From: an uncultured virus (IMG/VR IMGVR_UViG_2684622643_000005)
Taxonomy: Duplodnaviria > Heunggongvirae > Uroviricota > Caudoviricetes
IMG/VR virus record: IMGVR_UViG_2684622643_000005
Span: 1-64,000 of that record
Reading direction: 5' to 3' (one strand)
Length of the DNA stretch: 64,000 nucleotides
Shown here: positions 55,674 through 64,000 of the stretch, one piece after another
How the letters are laid out: the number at the start of each line of letters is the position of its first letter
Position numbering within the stretch: position 1 is the first letter of the stretch
Notes under the pieces: generated by a model
The model's input: the letters and a program-made list of their open reading frames with translations, nothing else
The model's database searches: none
Told to the model about the DNA's origin: nothing
Position numbers and translations under genes: made by a program

Positions 55674-57077
55674 ATGAACAAAGCGAATGAATGCACCTGC
55701 CCTTCTGGCGACGGCTCCCTCGTCCATCCGTGCCCGGCACATCCTGCGGTAGAGCAGGTAGGCGGGGATGAGCGCGCGGCGTTTGAGGCTGCTTTTGCTG
55801 CAATGGGTAGGCCGGTATGTCGTGCTGATTACGACCAGGACGCCTACGGAACCCCATTCGATGATGGCGGATGGACTGGCTGGCAAGCCCGCGCCGCCCT
55901 GGCGCAACCCTCCCCGGTGCGCTCGAGCCTCTTGATCAACGGATACCAGTTGCGCGCCGCCCTGGACTTCATTGCGCCGGATGGCACTGCCGAGCAACTG
56001 AAAAGCGAGGCCTGCATCGAGTGGCGCCAGCAGGATGCCGATTTCCTCGAAGCAGGCCTATACGCCTTCTGCGCTGAGTATCCCGAAGAAGGCGGCGTCT
56101 TGTTGGATGAGGAGCCAACCACTGCGCAACCATCCCCGTTGCAGTCCGATCAGGCAGAGGCGGAGCGGCCGGCATTGTGGGCTGTACATGCCCAGGGGCC
56201 GGACGAACTGTACGCAGCATTCAGCCGCGAAGACGCGGAGAAACATGCCGCCGAGCTGAACGCCCTGCCAATGCCTGAAGGGATCGCGGTTGGCGCCGTG
56301 GTCGTTCCCTCCCCCTGGCCGGCTGTCCAGCACTGGCAGTATCTGGCCGAACAGGAGCAAGACCACAAGAACGAGATCGCCGGGCGCCTGCGCCAGCTCG
56401 AGCGCATCTGCGAAGGGCTGCCGCAAGACGCCATCGATGGCGGCTGGACCGTGCAAGGCATTCGCGGCTATGCCAAGCGCTTGGAGGATCAACTGAAGGC
56501 CGCCCTGGCCAGGGTCGCGGAGCTGGAACGCGGCAAGGTCTACGTCGAAGCCCGGCAATGCGACGAGTGCCAGCATGGCGGGATCAACGATTCCGCCACG
56601 GGCGTGGCTGCCTGCCACGAATGCGATTGGACCGGACCAGAGCCGGAAGAGGATAGGTGCCCTGGTTGCCAGAGGGAGAATTGCATGGCCGCAGCCTGCC
56701 CGCAGTGTGGCGCCCGATATGTCCTTGTTGCCAGCGAAGAGATAGCCGCCCCTGTAGCCCAGGCTCAGCAACTCAACGACCTGGACAAACAGTGTCGCGA
56801 TGACGTGGCACGTGCGCTTGGTTTGCGCCCGAATCAGGAGCGCGGCTTCGCCTGGTCCTACCTGTTGGCGTCGATCAAGTCATGCGTGAAGGCCTCCGGG
56901 GATAGCGCCCAGGCTCAGCACAGCGTGCCGGAGGGGCTAGCCCTGATCCCGGCTCGCGAGACGGAGGCAATGCACGATGCCGTGATGGCGCTGCTGTACA
57001 AGGGCGTCGCCCGCACCGATACGCAGAAGCTGCTGGATGCGTACATCGCCGCCACGCCCGGCAAGGAGGGGGTGTGA
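55674..57077 (+). CDS. Mosaic multi-module early protein with Cys-rich segment
   Basis: AGGAG RBS; repeated AQPSP/AQAQ linkers; several CxxC. Confidence 0.7.
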   Translation: MNKANECTCPSGDGSLVHPCPAHPAVEQVGGDERAAFEAAFAAMGRPVCRADYDQDAYGTPFDDGGWTGWQARAALAQPSPVRSSLLINGYQLRAALDFIAPDGTAEQLKSEACIEWRQQDADFLEAGLYAFCAEYPEEGGVLLDEEPTTAQPSPLQSDQAEAERPALWAVHAQGPDELYAAFSREDAEKHAAELNALPMPEGIAVGAVVVPSPWPAVQHWQYLAEQEQDHKNEIAGRLRQLERICEGLPQDAIDGGWTVQGIRGYAKRLEDQLKAALARVAELERGKVYVEARQCDECQHGGINDSATGVAACHECDWTGPEPEEDRCPGCQRENCMAAACPQCGARYVLVASEEIAAPVAQAQQLNDLDKQCRDDVARALGLRPNQERGFAWSYLLASIKSCVKASGDSAQAQHSVPEGLALIPARETEAMHDAVMALLYKGVARTDTQKLLDAYIAATPGKEGV

Positions 57078-57256
57078 TGGATACGTTGAAACCCTGCAAA
57101 TGTGGCTACGACGGATCCCTGGCTGGGATCAGGCATAAAGAGGGATACCTCTCTTTGCACTGCCAGAAGTGCAACCACTCAGTTCAGGCATTCACCGGCG
57201 AAGGCCTGGTAGATGCCTGGAACAAGTCGGTCAGCAAGGAGGTAGGTCATGAGTGA
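57074..57256 (+). CDS. Lar-like small zinc-ribbon protein
   Basis: LKPCKCG...CQKC...AWN. Confidence 0.55.
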   Translation: MMDTLKPCKCGYDGSLAGIRHKEGYLSLHCQKCNHSVQAFTGEGLVDAWNKSVSKEVGHE

Positions 57257-57860
57257 GGTGAAGCGGTTCGACCATGTGAACCACGCTCACATTGATGACT
57301 GTGAACATGTTGAGTCCAGCGAAGGGGCGTGGGTGACGGCCTCCGACTACGACGCCCTAGCTGCCAAGCTAACCATGGCTGAGGACGCAGCAGAAAAGGG
57401 AGATGCTGCTCGCCAGCAATGCGGCGGCATGGAAATGGAGATCGAGGAACTTCGCGCTGAACTAGCGGAACTGCGCGCAAGGGTGGTGGTTGTGCCGGAG
57501 CGAAAACTCCTAAATGCCGGAGTCCCAGGGCTGAATCGTAATAGCGGCTGGAACGCCTGCCTCGACGAACTGGCGCGCATCAACGGTATGACGGTCAGCG
57601 AGGGGCTTGTGCAGGGGATGGCCAAGTTCGCGCGCGAGATCATCTGCGGAGCCCTCGATGGCGGAAGCTTCGATGGGGCAGACATACAGGAAAGCGCTGA
57701 ACGCCATGGACTGATCGCCAAGCAGGTGATGAACGAGCCGTGCCGCGGCCCAGAAGAGTACTGCGCCTGCGCCTGGTCTACCTCGTTCCCGGCTGAATGC
57801 TACCGGGTAACTCCAGAGATTCGCGCCCTGCTGAGCGAGCAGGAGGGAGGGAAGCAATGA
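57249..57860 (+). CDS. Phage hypothetical protein
   Basis: MSEVKRF, GWNACLDE motifs; coupled. Confidence 0.7.
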   Translation: MSEVKRFDHVNHAHIDDCEHVESSEGAWVTASDYDALAAKLTMAEDAAEKGDAARQQCGGMEMEIEELRAELAELRARVVVVPERKLLNAGVPGLNRNSGWNACLDELARINGMTVSEGLVQGMAKFAREIICGALDGGSFDGADIQESAERHGLIAKQVMNEPCRGPEEYCACAWSTSFPAECYRVTPEIRALLSEQEGGKQ

Positions 57861-58597
57861 GAACACAGATATGGAGTTCTGGTGGAGGTACTCAAAGCTC
57901 AGCAATCGCAGCGTTGATATGTCAGGGGGAGCTTACTCCTGACCTGTCGATCATCGTTGACACTGAGCGCGAGATGAGCACGACATGGGAATACCTGGAT
58001 CGCTGGGTTCTACCAGCGCTTGATGCCGCTGGAGTCAAACTGAACAGAGTTGCCAAGAGCAGCTATGCGACCGTCGACCTGATGCGCAATGACGACGTGC
58101 TGATTCCGGCATTCACAACAGAAAGCGGGGCTGTAGGGAAGCTCCCGACATATTGCAGCAATGAGTGGAAACAGCGTGTTATGCGCCGCTGGGCAACCGA
58201 ACAAGGGGTTATTCAGGCTGACGTCTGGCTTGGCATGACAATCGACGAGCTACGCCGTGTGACACAGCCAGTTGGTAAATGGCAGCACAGATACCCGCTG
58301 ATTGAGCGGCGCATGACACGAGGTGATTGCATTGCAATGGTCAAGCGTATGGGTTGGCCAGAGCCTCCCCGGTCGGCCTGCTACATGTGCCCCAATATGA
58401 GTTCGCATGATCGGAGATGGCAGAAAGAGAATGCTCCAGCCGACTTTGAGAGAGCATGCGAGTTTGACAGGCAATTGCGACTCATTGATCAGGACCTGTG
58501 GCTGGTTGAAACGGCAGAACCTCTAGAGGAGGCTGACTTTTCGATTGAAAGCGACCTTTTCACCGGCAGGTGCGATTCGGGAATGTGCTTCAACTAG
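57857..58597 (+). CDS. PAPS reductase-like (PP-loop) protein
   Basis: SSGGGTQS, VDT..E, YPL, RSACYMCP. Confidence 0.75.
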   Translation: MRTQIWSSGGGTQSSAIAALICQGELTPDLSIIVDTEREMSTTWEYLDRWVLPALDAAGVKLNRVAKSSYATVDLMRNDDVLIPAFTTESGAVGKLPTYCSNEWKQRVMRRWATEQGVIQADVWLGMTIDELRRVTQPVGKWQHRYPLIERRMTRGDCIAMVKRMGWPEPPRSACYMCPNMSSHDRRWQKENAPADFERACEFDRQLRLIDQDLWLVETAEPLEEADFSIESDLFTGRCDSGMCFN

Positions 58598-58614
58598 CCA
58601 CCCATCGCCATCCA

Positions 58615-58630
58615 CTGTACGCATATACAG
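58615..58630. promoter_or_regulatory. LexA (SOS) box
   Basis: CTGTACGCATATACAG (CTGT-N8-ACAG) just upstream of a GATAAT -10-like element. Confidence 0.7.
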
Positions 58631-58668
58631 CAATTCGGATAATGGGCTACCCACTACCCGGATTGAAT

Positions 58669-58959
58669 ATGCGCACGAAACCCTTCCGCCCGCCGCGCCG
58701 GCATGAACTGGCTGGCCTGAAGTACTACCGTACCGCGTCAGCTTACAACTGGCTCGGCGTAGCTATAGCCCATCCTACACGCGCCATTGAGCTTCTGATG
58801 GAGCAGTGCGAGCCAGACGTGCTCTCGCCGATGTTCAACATCGAGATAGAGGCCGTGTTACGCCAGGCAGACGAGTATGCGCGATCTCGCGAAGTACTTG
58901 ACCGAGAGGTGCTGCGCGAAATGCTCATGCACCTGATCTCCAAAGCAGCGGGCGAATAA
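58669..58959 (+). CDS. Hypothetical protein, putatively SOS-regulated
   Basis: Directly downstream of the SOS box. Confidence 0.65.
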   Translation: MRTKPFRPPRRHELAGLKYYRTASAYNWLGVAIAHPTRAIELLMEQCEPDVLSPMFNIEIEAVLRQADEYARSREVLDREVLREMLMHLISKAAGE

Positions 58960-59132
58960 CCCCAACGAACCCAACCGTATCCGCCCCCCGGAGGACCAAC
59001 AGTGGACAACGAAAACGAAACCCTGGTCGCGCTGCTGGTCATCGCGCTGATCGTCTTCGGCATCTTCCGGATAGTCGGGGACTTCCAGAACCTCTACGAG
59101 CAGACAGAACAGAAAGGACAGGAGTTGAGCAG

Positions 59133-59471
59133 ATGGAGCAAGCAGTGAGACAGGAATTTGAAGACCGCTTCCCGATTCCTGAAGGCATCGAGTGGCGACC
59201 TAGCGACTATTTCCCCATCCACACAGAAAACGTCCACGAATACATATGCAGATGCGGACGCGCTTCTCGATACGCAGACATGTGGCAAGCCTGGAAAGCC
59301 AGCCGCGCGGCTCTGAGGGTGGAGTTGCCGCCATCGGTGACGATCGAGGAAGTCGCCGAGCATCTGGGCATGGACGACGTGGACGTTGTCGATATCGCCC
59401 ACATGGTGAATGGGGCCATTGCCGCATGCGCAGCGTTCATCAAGCAAGCCGGAATCGAGGTGAAGCCATGA
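59133..59471 (+). CDS. Phage hypothetical protein
   Basis: RQEFE...WQAWKASRAAL. Confidence 0.65.
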   Translation: MEQAVRQEFEDRFPIPEGIEWRPSDYFPIHTENVHEYICRCGRASRYADMWQAWKASRAALRVELPPSVTIEEVAEHLGMDDVDVVDIAHMVNGAIAACAAFIKQAGIEVKP

Positions 59472-59734
59472 AGGCATACGCACTAGTTCAAGGCCCACGA
59501 CGCAAGGTGCTCTATATCTCCGATTCCTGTTATTTGCTCTGGGAATTTGGAGGATCGCATTTCAAACCGGAACTTGGCTGGGAATTCAGGACCCTCCGGC
59601 AGAACAGAGCCATCTGCAAGGAAAACAATGCCTACATCGTTCGCCTCGACTTCAAGCTGGGCGATCCGATCAGCACGCCAAAAAGGAAGAAGCTGCCGCG
59701 CGAAGCTGGCATCGAGGTGAAGCAGAATGGATGA
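59468..59734 (+). CDS. Phage hypothetical protein
   Basis: ATGA overlap; MKAYALV. Confidence 0.55.
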   Translation: MKAYALVQGPRRKVLYISDSCYLLWEFGGSHFKPELGWEFRTLRQNRAICKENNAYIVRLDFKLGDPISTPKRKKLPREAGIEVKQNG

Positions 59735-60260
59735 GCCACTTTTCAACGAACTGCTGGAAAGCGTGAAGCAGGCGGACCAGATCATTTCCGACCACGCAGA
59801 GCTGCGGAGGCTGGCTGAAGAAGTGATCCGAATTGAGCGGAATGAGGATGAGCCGATCTCCGCTGCTTGGGAGCTATTCGATTCCGCCGCCAATCCACAA
59901 GCCATTCTCAAGCTGATTGCCGAGGTTGATCTGCTGAGCGCTCGGCTCAAGGCGGAGAACTGCGCCCATAAGGACACGCAGAAACACTGCGAGTTGTTGG
60001 AGCAGTACTTGAAGGAGTGCGCAAGCGCCCTGCCTGGCACCTACTACATGGACCCTCCAGACGGCGGCGATGTCAGCATTCCAGAGCAGATTCGGCGCAT
60101 GGCGAAGGACGCCGCGCGCTACCGGTGGCTGCGAGAGCGAGACCTCGAAACGATCAGACAAGGCGGCGTATTCGCCGGGATGACCCCGGAGAACATCGTA
60201 CTCAACCAGGAAGACCTAGACGCTGCAATCGACGCAGCCCTAGAAGGAGCAACGCAATGA
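59727..60260 (+). CDS. Ead/Ea22-like early protein
   Basis: AANPQAILKLI, KDAARYRWLR, LDAAIDAA. Confidence 0.65.
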   Translation: MDEPLFNELLESVKQADQIISDHAELRRLAEEVIRIERNEDEPISAAWELFDSAANPQAILKLIAEVDLLSARLKAENCAHKDTQKHCELLEQYLKECASALPGTYYMDPPDGGDVSIPEQIRRMAKDAARYRWLRERDLETIRQGGVFAGMTPENIVLNQEDLDAAIDAALEGATQ

Positions 60261-60649
60261 ACGACCGCACACTACTCGAACTGGCGGCGCGGGCGGCTGG
60301 AATTCCTGATGCATTGTATTTGGACTGTGTGGCACAGGATATGTACCACCCGAGAGACGGAGAAGCAGGCATTGAAGTAAACCATCGGGACACGCGATGG
60401 AGTTGTTTGGCTATTGACGGCGTATGGAACCCGCTCACCGACGACGGCGACGCGCTTAGGCTGGCGGTGAAGCTTCGCCTGGACATTACGTTCTACAACG
60501 GTTTTCAGGAGGTGGCCGCCGAGCCATCAAATGGTGACGGGATGAACCCTTGCCAGGAAGTGTTCACAGAAAACCCGTATGCGGCAACTCGGCGAGCCAT
60601 TGTCCGCGCCGCCGCCGAGATCGGCAAGTCTATGGGAGGTGGGGAGTGA
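60257..60649 (+). CDS. Phage hypothetical protein
   Basis: LLELAARAAG, WNPLTDDGDALRLAV, ATRRAIVRAAA. Confidence 0.7.
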   Translation: MNDRTLLELAARAAGIPDALYLDCVAQDMYHPRDGEAGIEVNHRDTRWSCLAIDGVWNPLTDDGDALRLAVKLRLDITFYNGFQEVAAEPSNGDGMNPCQEVFTENPYAATRRAIVRAAAEIGKSMGGGE

Positions 60650-61068
60650 GCGAAACCGCAGAAATGAAGACCTGCGAGCTTGAGGGGGCAGCGCTTGATT
60701 GGGCCGTTGCAATGGCTGAAGGCGAAGAGGTCATTGTCCATGGCATTGGACAGTACCGTTATGACGTGAGAGGCGGCATTCACTGCTGCAAATATGGCTG
60801 CACCTTTGGCCCTCGCTCGATTACTGAAGAAGTCGAGCGATACGAACCTTCGGACTCATGGGCTCAAGGCGGACCACTGATCACCAAGTACCTCATCGAG
60901 TTCGCAGTCGAGCACGCACGGACGATATGCGCCTGCCTTTGCGACGAGAACGGAATGTACATCAGTGGTTGCTCATATGGAGATACGTACCTGATCGCCG
61001 CATGCCGAGCCATCGTTACGGCCAAGCTAGGGGAAACCGTCAACGTCCCCGCCGAACTCATCAAGTAA
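60646..61068 (+). CDS. NinX/DUF2591-like protein
   Basis: LEGAALDWAVA, PSDSWAQGGPLI, LIAACRAIV. Confidence 0.72.
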   Translation: MSETAEMKTCELEGAALDWAVAMAEGEEVIVHGIGQYRYDVRGGIHCCKYGCTFGPRSITEEVERYEPSDSWAQGGPLITKYLIEFAVEHARTICACLCDENGMYISGCSYGDTYLIAACRAIVTAKLGETVNVPAELIK

Positions 61069-61242
61069 CCCAGCCGGGCGCCACTAGCTCTCCCTGAGCT
61101 AACCCGGCTGGGCTCCAAATCCTACCAGAAGGCCTGACCGAGCAGTTAACCCCCATATTGCCCGATGCGGGCGCCCTGCCCGGCCAAGCCTCCACGAATT
61201 CTACCCGCCAACCCGATGCCGTTGATCGGCCAAGGTCTCGCT

Positions 61243-61557
61243 ATGTCTTTGATTTCAGTTGAGGCGGCCGCCGGCATTCTCGGCGTGAGCCGCAGGACCG
61301 CGTACCGCTACGCGGACGAAAAGCTGATCCCGGTGGTCAGGTTCAAAAAGACCATCCGGGTCCACAAGGAAAAGCTCGAACAGATGCTTGAAGAGGAAGC
61401 CGCTGCTAGCATGCGCGACGCGGTCGGCGTACCGGAGGAAGTATGCCGTACAAGAGAAACGACTCCGCCTACTGGTGGATCTCTTTCAAATCAGCAACAG
61501 GAAAGCTTGTTAGACGCTCTTCTGGAACTGCCGACTACTCGGCGGCGAAAGCACTAG
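61243..61557 (+). CDS. Excisionase-like HTH protein
   Basis: ISVEAAAGILGVSRRTAYR; overlaps int. Confidence 0.75.
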   Translation: MSLISVEAAAGILGVSRRTAYRYADEKLIPVVRFKKTIRVHKEKLEQMLEEEAAASMRDAVGVPEEVCRTRETTPPTGGSLSNQQQESLLDALLELPTTRRRKH

Positions 61558-62552
61558 AGCAACAGGAGCGCGCGAAAGCGTGGAAGGAAAAGGAAATGGG
61601 CGTTAATCCGCCCAGGACCTTTGAGGAGGTGATCATTCCGTACCTGCAGCACGCTCGCCAGCATCAGCGCAGCTACGAAACGACCGTGCACCGCATAAAG
61701 CCGCTGCGCGAGTATTTTGCCGGACGCGTGGTCAACGATCTAGGGGGCCAGGACATCCGGGGATACGGAGCGCATCGGTTGGATGCCGGCGCATCCCCGG
61801 CAACCATCAACCGAGAACTCGCCGCACTGTCCGCGGCGATCAACCACTGCAACACAGAACTGGAGTGGGCCCTTCCTAACCCGGTGAAGGGACGGAAGAT
61901 GCGCGAGGCCGAGGGACGTGATCGTTGGCTGACCAGGGCGGAGGTCGAGGCCCTGTGCCGCGCCGCGCGCGTCCAGAAGTTTGGCCCGATGCTCGAGGAT
62001 TTCATCCGCCTAGCGGTAAACACCGGATGCCGGCGGGAGGAAATGCTTGGCCTGGAGTGGCGCAGAGTGGATTTCGCCAATCGACTGATCTACTTGGAGG
62101 CATCCCACACGAAGGCAGGCAAGCGCCGGAGCATCCCGATCAACGAAGGGGCTATGGCAGCACTAAAGCGACGAATGGCATTCAGATCCGAGACCAGTCC
62201 GGAATGCCCCTGGGTTTTTGCCAGAGCCAACGGCGATCGAGTGGTTTCGCTATCAGCCGGGTTCAAGCAGGCCTGCCAGGCAGCGAAGATTGTGGACTTT
62301 ACGATTCACGACCTGCGCCACACCTGCGCGGCATGGCTGGTCAGCGCCGGCGTTCCGTTGGCGGATGTTCGGGATCTGCTCGGACACTCGACAGTCGCGA
62401 TGACTGAGCGATATGCCCATCTTGCGCCGGCCAGGGTAAGGGATGCGGTTGGTGTTCTTGATCAAGTCCGTGAAAGTCGCATTTCACGTTCTGTTCACGC
62501 TGATAATCCAGCGCATCTACGTGGAGGGCCGCTGAAGCTCGTAAACACTTGA
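61443..62552 (+). CDS. int: Tyrosine integrase
   Basis: TGCRREE, HDLRHT, LLGH, TERYAH; ends at att. Confidence 0.96.
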   Translation: MPYKRNDSAYWWISFKSATGKLVRRSSGTADYSAAKALEQQERAKAWKEKEMGVNPPRTFEEVIIPYLQHARQHQRSYETTVHRIKPLREYFAGRVVNDLGGQDIRGYGAHRLDAGASPATINRELAALSAAINHCNTELEWALPNPVKGRKMREAEGRDRWLTRAEVEALCRAARVQKFGPMLEDFIRLAVNTGCRREEMLGLEWRRVDFANRLIYLEASHTKAGKRRSIPINEGAMAALKRRMAFRSETSPECPWVFARANGDRVVSLSAGFKQACQAAKIVDFTIHDLRHTCAAWLVSAGVPLADVRDLLGHSTVAMTERYAHLAPARVRDAVGVLDQVRESRISRSVHADNPAHLRGGPLKLVNT

Positions 62553-62556
62553 TTTA

Positions 62557-62617
62557 GAAGGTGGTGCGGACGGAGAGACTCGAACTCTCACGCCTTGCGG
62601 CGCTGGAACCTAAATCC
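62557..62617. repeat. att direct repeat, right prophage boundary
   Basis: Identical to 549-609. Confidence 0.95.
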
Positions 62618-62646
62618 AGTGTGTCTACCAATTCCACCACGTCCGC
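62562..62646 (-). tRNA. tRNA-Leu (TAG), intact integration target
   Basis: GCGGACGTGGTGGAATTGG...CTGGA TT TAG GT TCCAG, long variable arm, CCA. Confidence 0.95.
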
Positions 62647-62700
62647 GGGACACTGCTTGGAAATGAAAACGCCAGGCCCCGGGCCTGGCGCTTCGGAATA

Positions 62701-62777
62701 TGGGGTGGACGATGGGAATCGAACCCACGACACCAGGAGCCACAATCCTGTGCTCTACCAACTGAGCTACGCCCACC
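62701..62777 (-). tRNA. tRNA-His (GTG)
   Basis: Canonical cloverleaf with GTG anticodon. Confidence 0.95.
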
Positions 62778-62827
62778 ATATTACGACTTGCGGTAAAACA
62801 TCGCCTGCTTCTTGCCGATTCGCCGAA

Positions 62828-62904
62828 TGGCGCACCCGGCAGGACTCGAACCTGCGACCATCCGCTTAGAAGGCGGATGCTCTATCCAGCTGAGCTACGG
62901 GCGC
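62828..62904 (-). tRNA. tRNA-Arg (TCT)
   Basis: TCCGC CT TCT AA GCGGA anticodon arm, CCA end. Confidence 0.95.
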
Positions 62905-63182
62905 TTTATTCATCTGCATTCAATGCTGAGCGCAAACTTTAAGCTCTGGCAATCACAAAGTCAGCAACCGACTTGCTTTACCTCTTACCCTGCGTCCGGC
63001 TGTGCTCGGCAAGCGGGGCGCATGTTATACAGGGGGCGAAAGGCCGTCAACGGGTTTTTTAAAAAAATTCAGCTATATAAAGGAGTTACGGCAAATCCAC
63101 GGGTCGCCTCCTTTGCCCCGGGCGGCGTCCATGCGAAAATGCGCGTCCTTTTTCCACCCGATTCGATGGTTACCCTTCCGAC

Positions 63183-64000
63183 ATGACCGCACAACTGATC
63201 GACGGCAAAGCGATCGCCGCCAACCTTCGCCAGCAGATAGCCCAACGCGTGACCGAGCGCCGCCAGCAAGGCCTGCGCGTTCCCGGCCTGGCGGTGATCC
63301 TGGTCGGCACCGATCCGGCCTCTCAGGTCTATGTGGCGCACAAGCGCAAGGACTGCGAGGAAGTCGGCTTTCTCTCCCAGGCCTACGATCTTCCCGCCGA
63401 AACCAGCCAGGACGACCTGCTGGCCCTGATCGACCGCCTGAACGACGACACCGCCATCGACGGCATCCTGGTCCAGCTACCCCTGCCCGCCCACCTGGAC
63501 GCCTCCCTGCTGCTGGAGCGTATCCACCCGGACAAGGACGTGGACGGTTTCCATCCCTACAACATCGGCCGCCTGGCCCAGCGCATGCCCCTCCTGCGCC
63601 CCTGCACCCCGAAAGGCATCATGACCCTGCTCGCCAGCACCGGCGCCGACCTGTACGGCATGGATGCGGTCGTGGTCGGCGCCTCGAACATCGTCGGCCG
63701 ACCCATGGCTCTGGAGTTGCTGCTGGGTGGCTGCACCGTCACAGTGACCCACCGCTTCACCCGCGACCTGGCCGACCATGTGTCGCGCGCCGACCTGGTG
63801 GTGGTCGCTGCCGGCAAGCCGGGACTGGTCAAGGGCGAGTGGATCAAGGAAGGCGCCATCGTCATCGACGTCGGCATCAACCGCCAGGCCGACGGCCGAC
63901 TGGTCGGCGACGTGGAATACGAAGTGGCAGCGCAACGCGCCAGCTGGATCACCCCGGTGCCGGGCGGCGTCGGGCCGATGACCCGCGCCTGCCTGCTGGA
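63183..64000 (+). CDS. folD: Methylenetetrahydrofolate dehydrogenase/cyclohydrolase (runs off the window)
   Basis: [40 protein letters not shown]. Confidence 0.96.
   Translation, partial: MTAQLIDGKAIAANLRQQIAQRVTERRQQGLRVPGLAVILVGTDPASQVYVAHKRKDCEEVGFLSQAYDLPAETSQDDLLALIDRLNDDTAIDGILVQLPLPAHLDASLLLERIHPDKDVDGFHPYNIGRLAQRMPLLRPCTPKGIMTLLASTGADLYGMDAVVVGASNIVGRPMALELLLGGCTVTVTHRFTRDLADHVSRADLVVVAAGKPGLVKGEWIKEGAIVIDVGINRQADGRLVGDVEYEVAAQRASWITPVPGGVGPMTRACLL

Overview
The window holds one apparently complete ~62 kb lambdoid (HK97-head, lambda-type tail) prophage inserted into the 3' end of tRNA-Leu(TAG) in the Arg-His-Leu-His tRNA cluster next to folD. The high-GC host is most likely Pseudomonas aeruginosa (inferred from the folD/tRNA arrangement). 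A 61-bp att direct repeat lies at 549-609 and 62557-62617. Minus strand: cro/cII-like genes, replication, nin region, Q-like gene, three phage tRNAs, holins, packaging, head, tail and endolysin/spanins. Plus strand: cI, an immunity-region cargo block, early/recombination genes, xis and int. The most interesting observations are: (1) three sugar-modifying enzymes embedded in the head-tail operon (sialyltransferase/Maf-like GT, GT9-like GT, SAM methyltransferase), the first apparently fused to a capsid-adjacent protein by a C-CCA-AAG -1 frameshift, a candidate virion-glycosylation system; (2) a low-GC moron encoding a secreted uronic-acid C5-epimerase-like protein, a candidate new O-antigen seroconversion enzyme; (3) a tnpB-only IS200/605 element whose predicted guide and TAM target the IS-free allele of related phages; (4) a trypsin-like protease plus small partner at the lambda rexAB position; (5) a tRNA-like kissing-loop ncRNA present twice, and other structured RNAs. 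All protein family calls come from motifs read by eye; no database searches were run.
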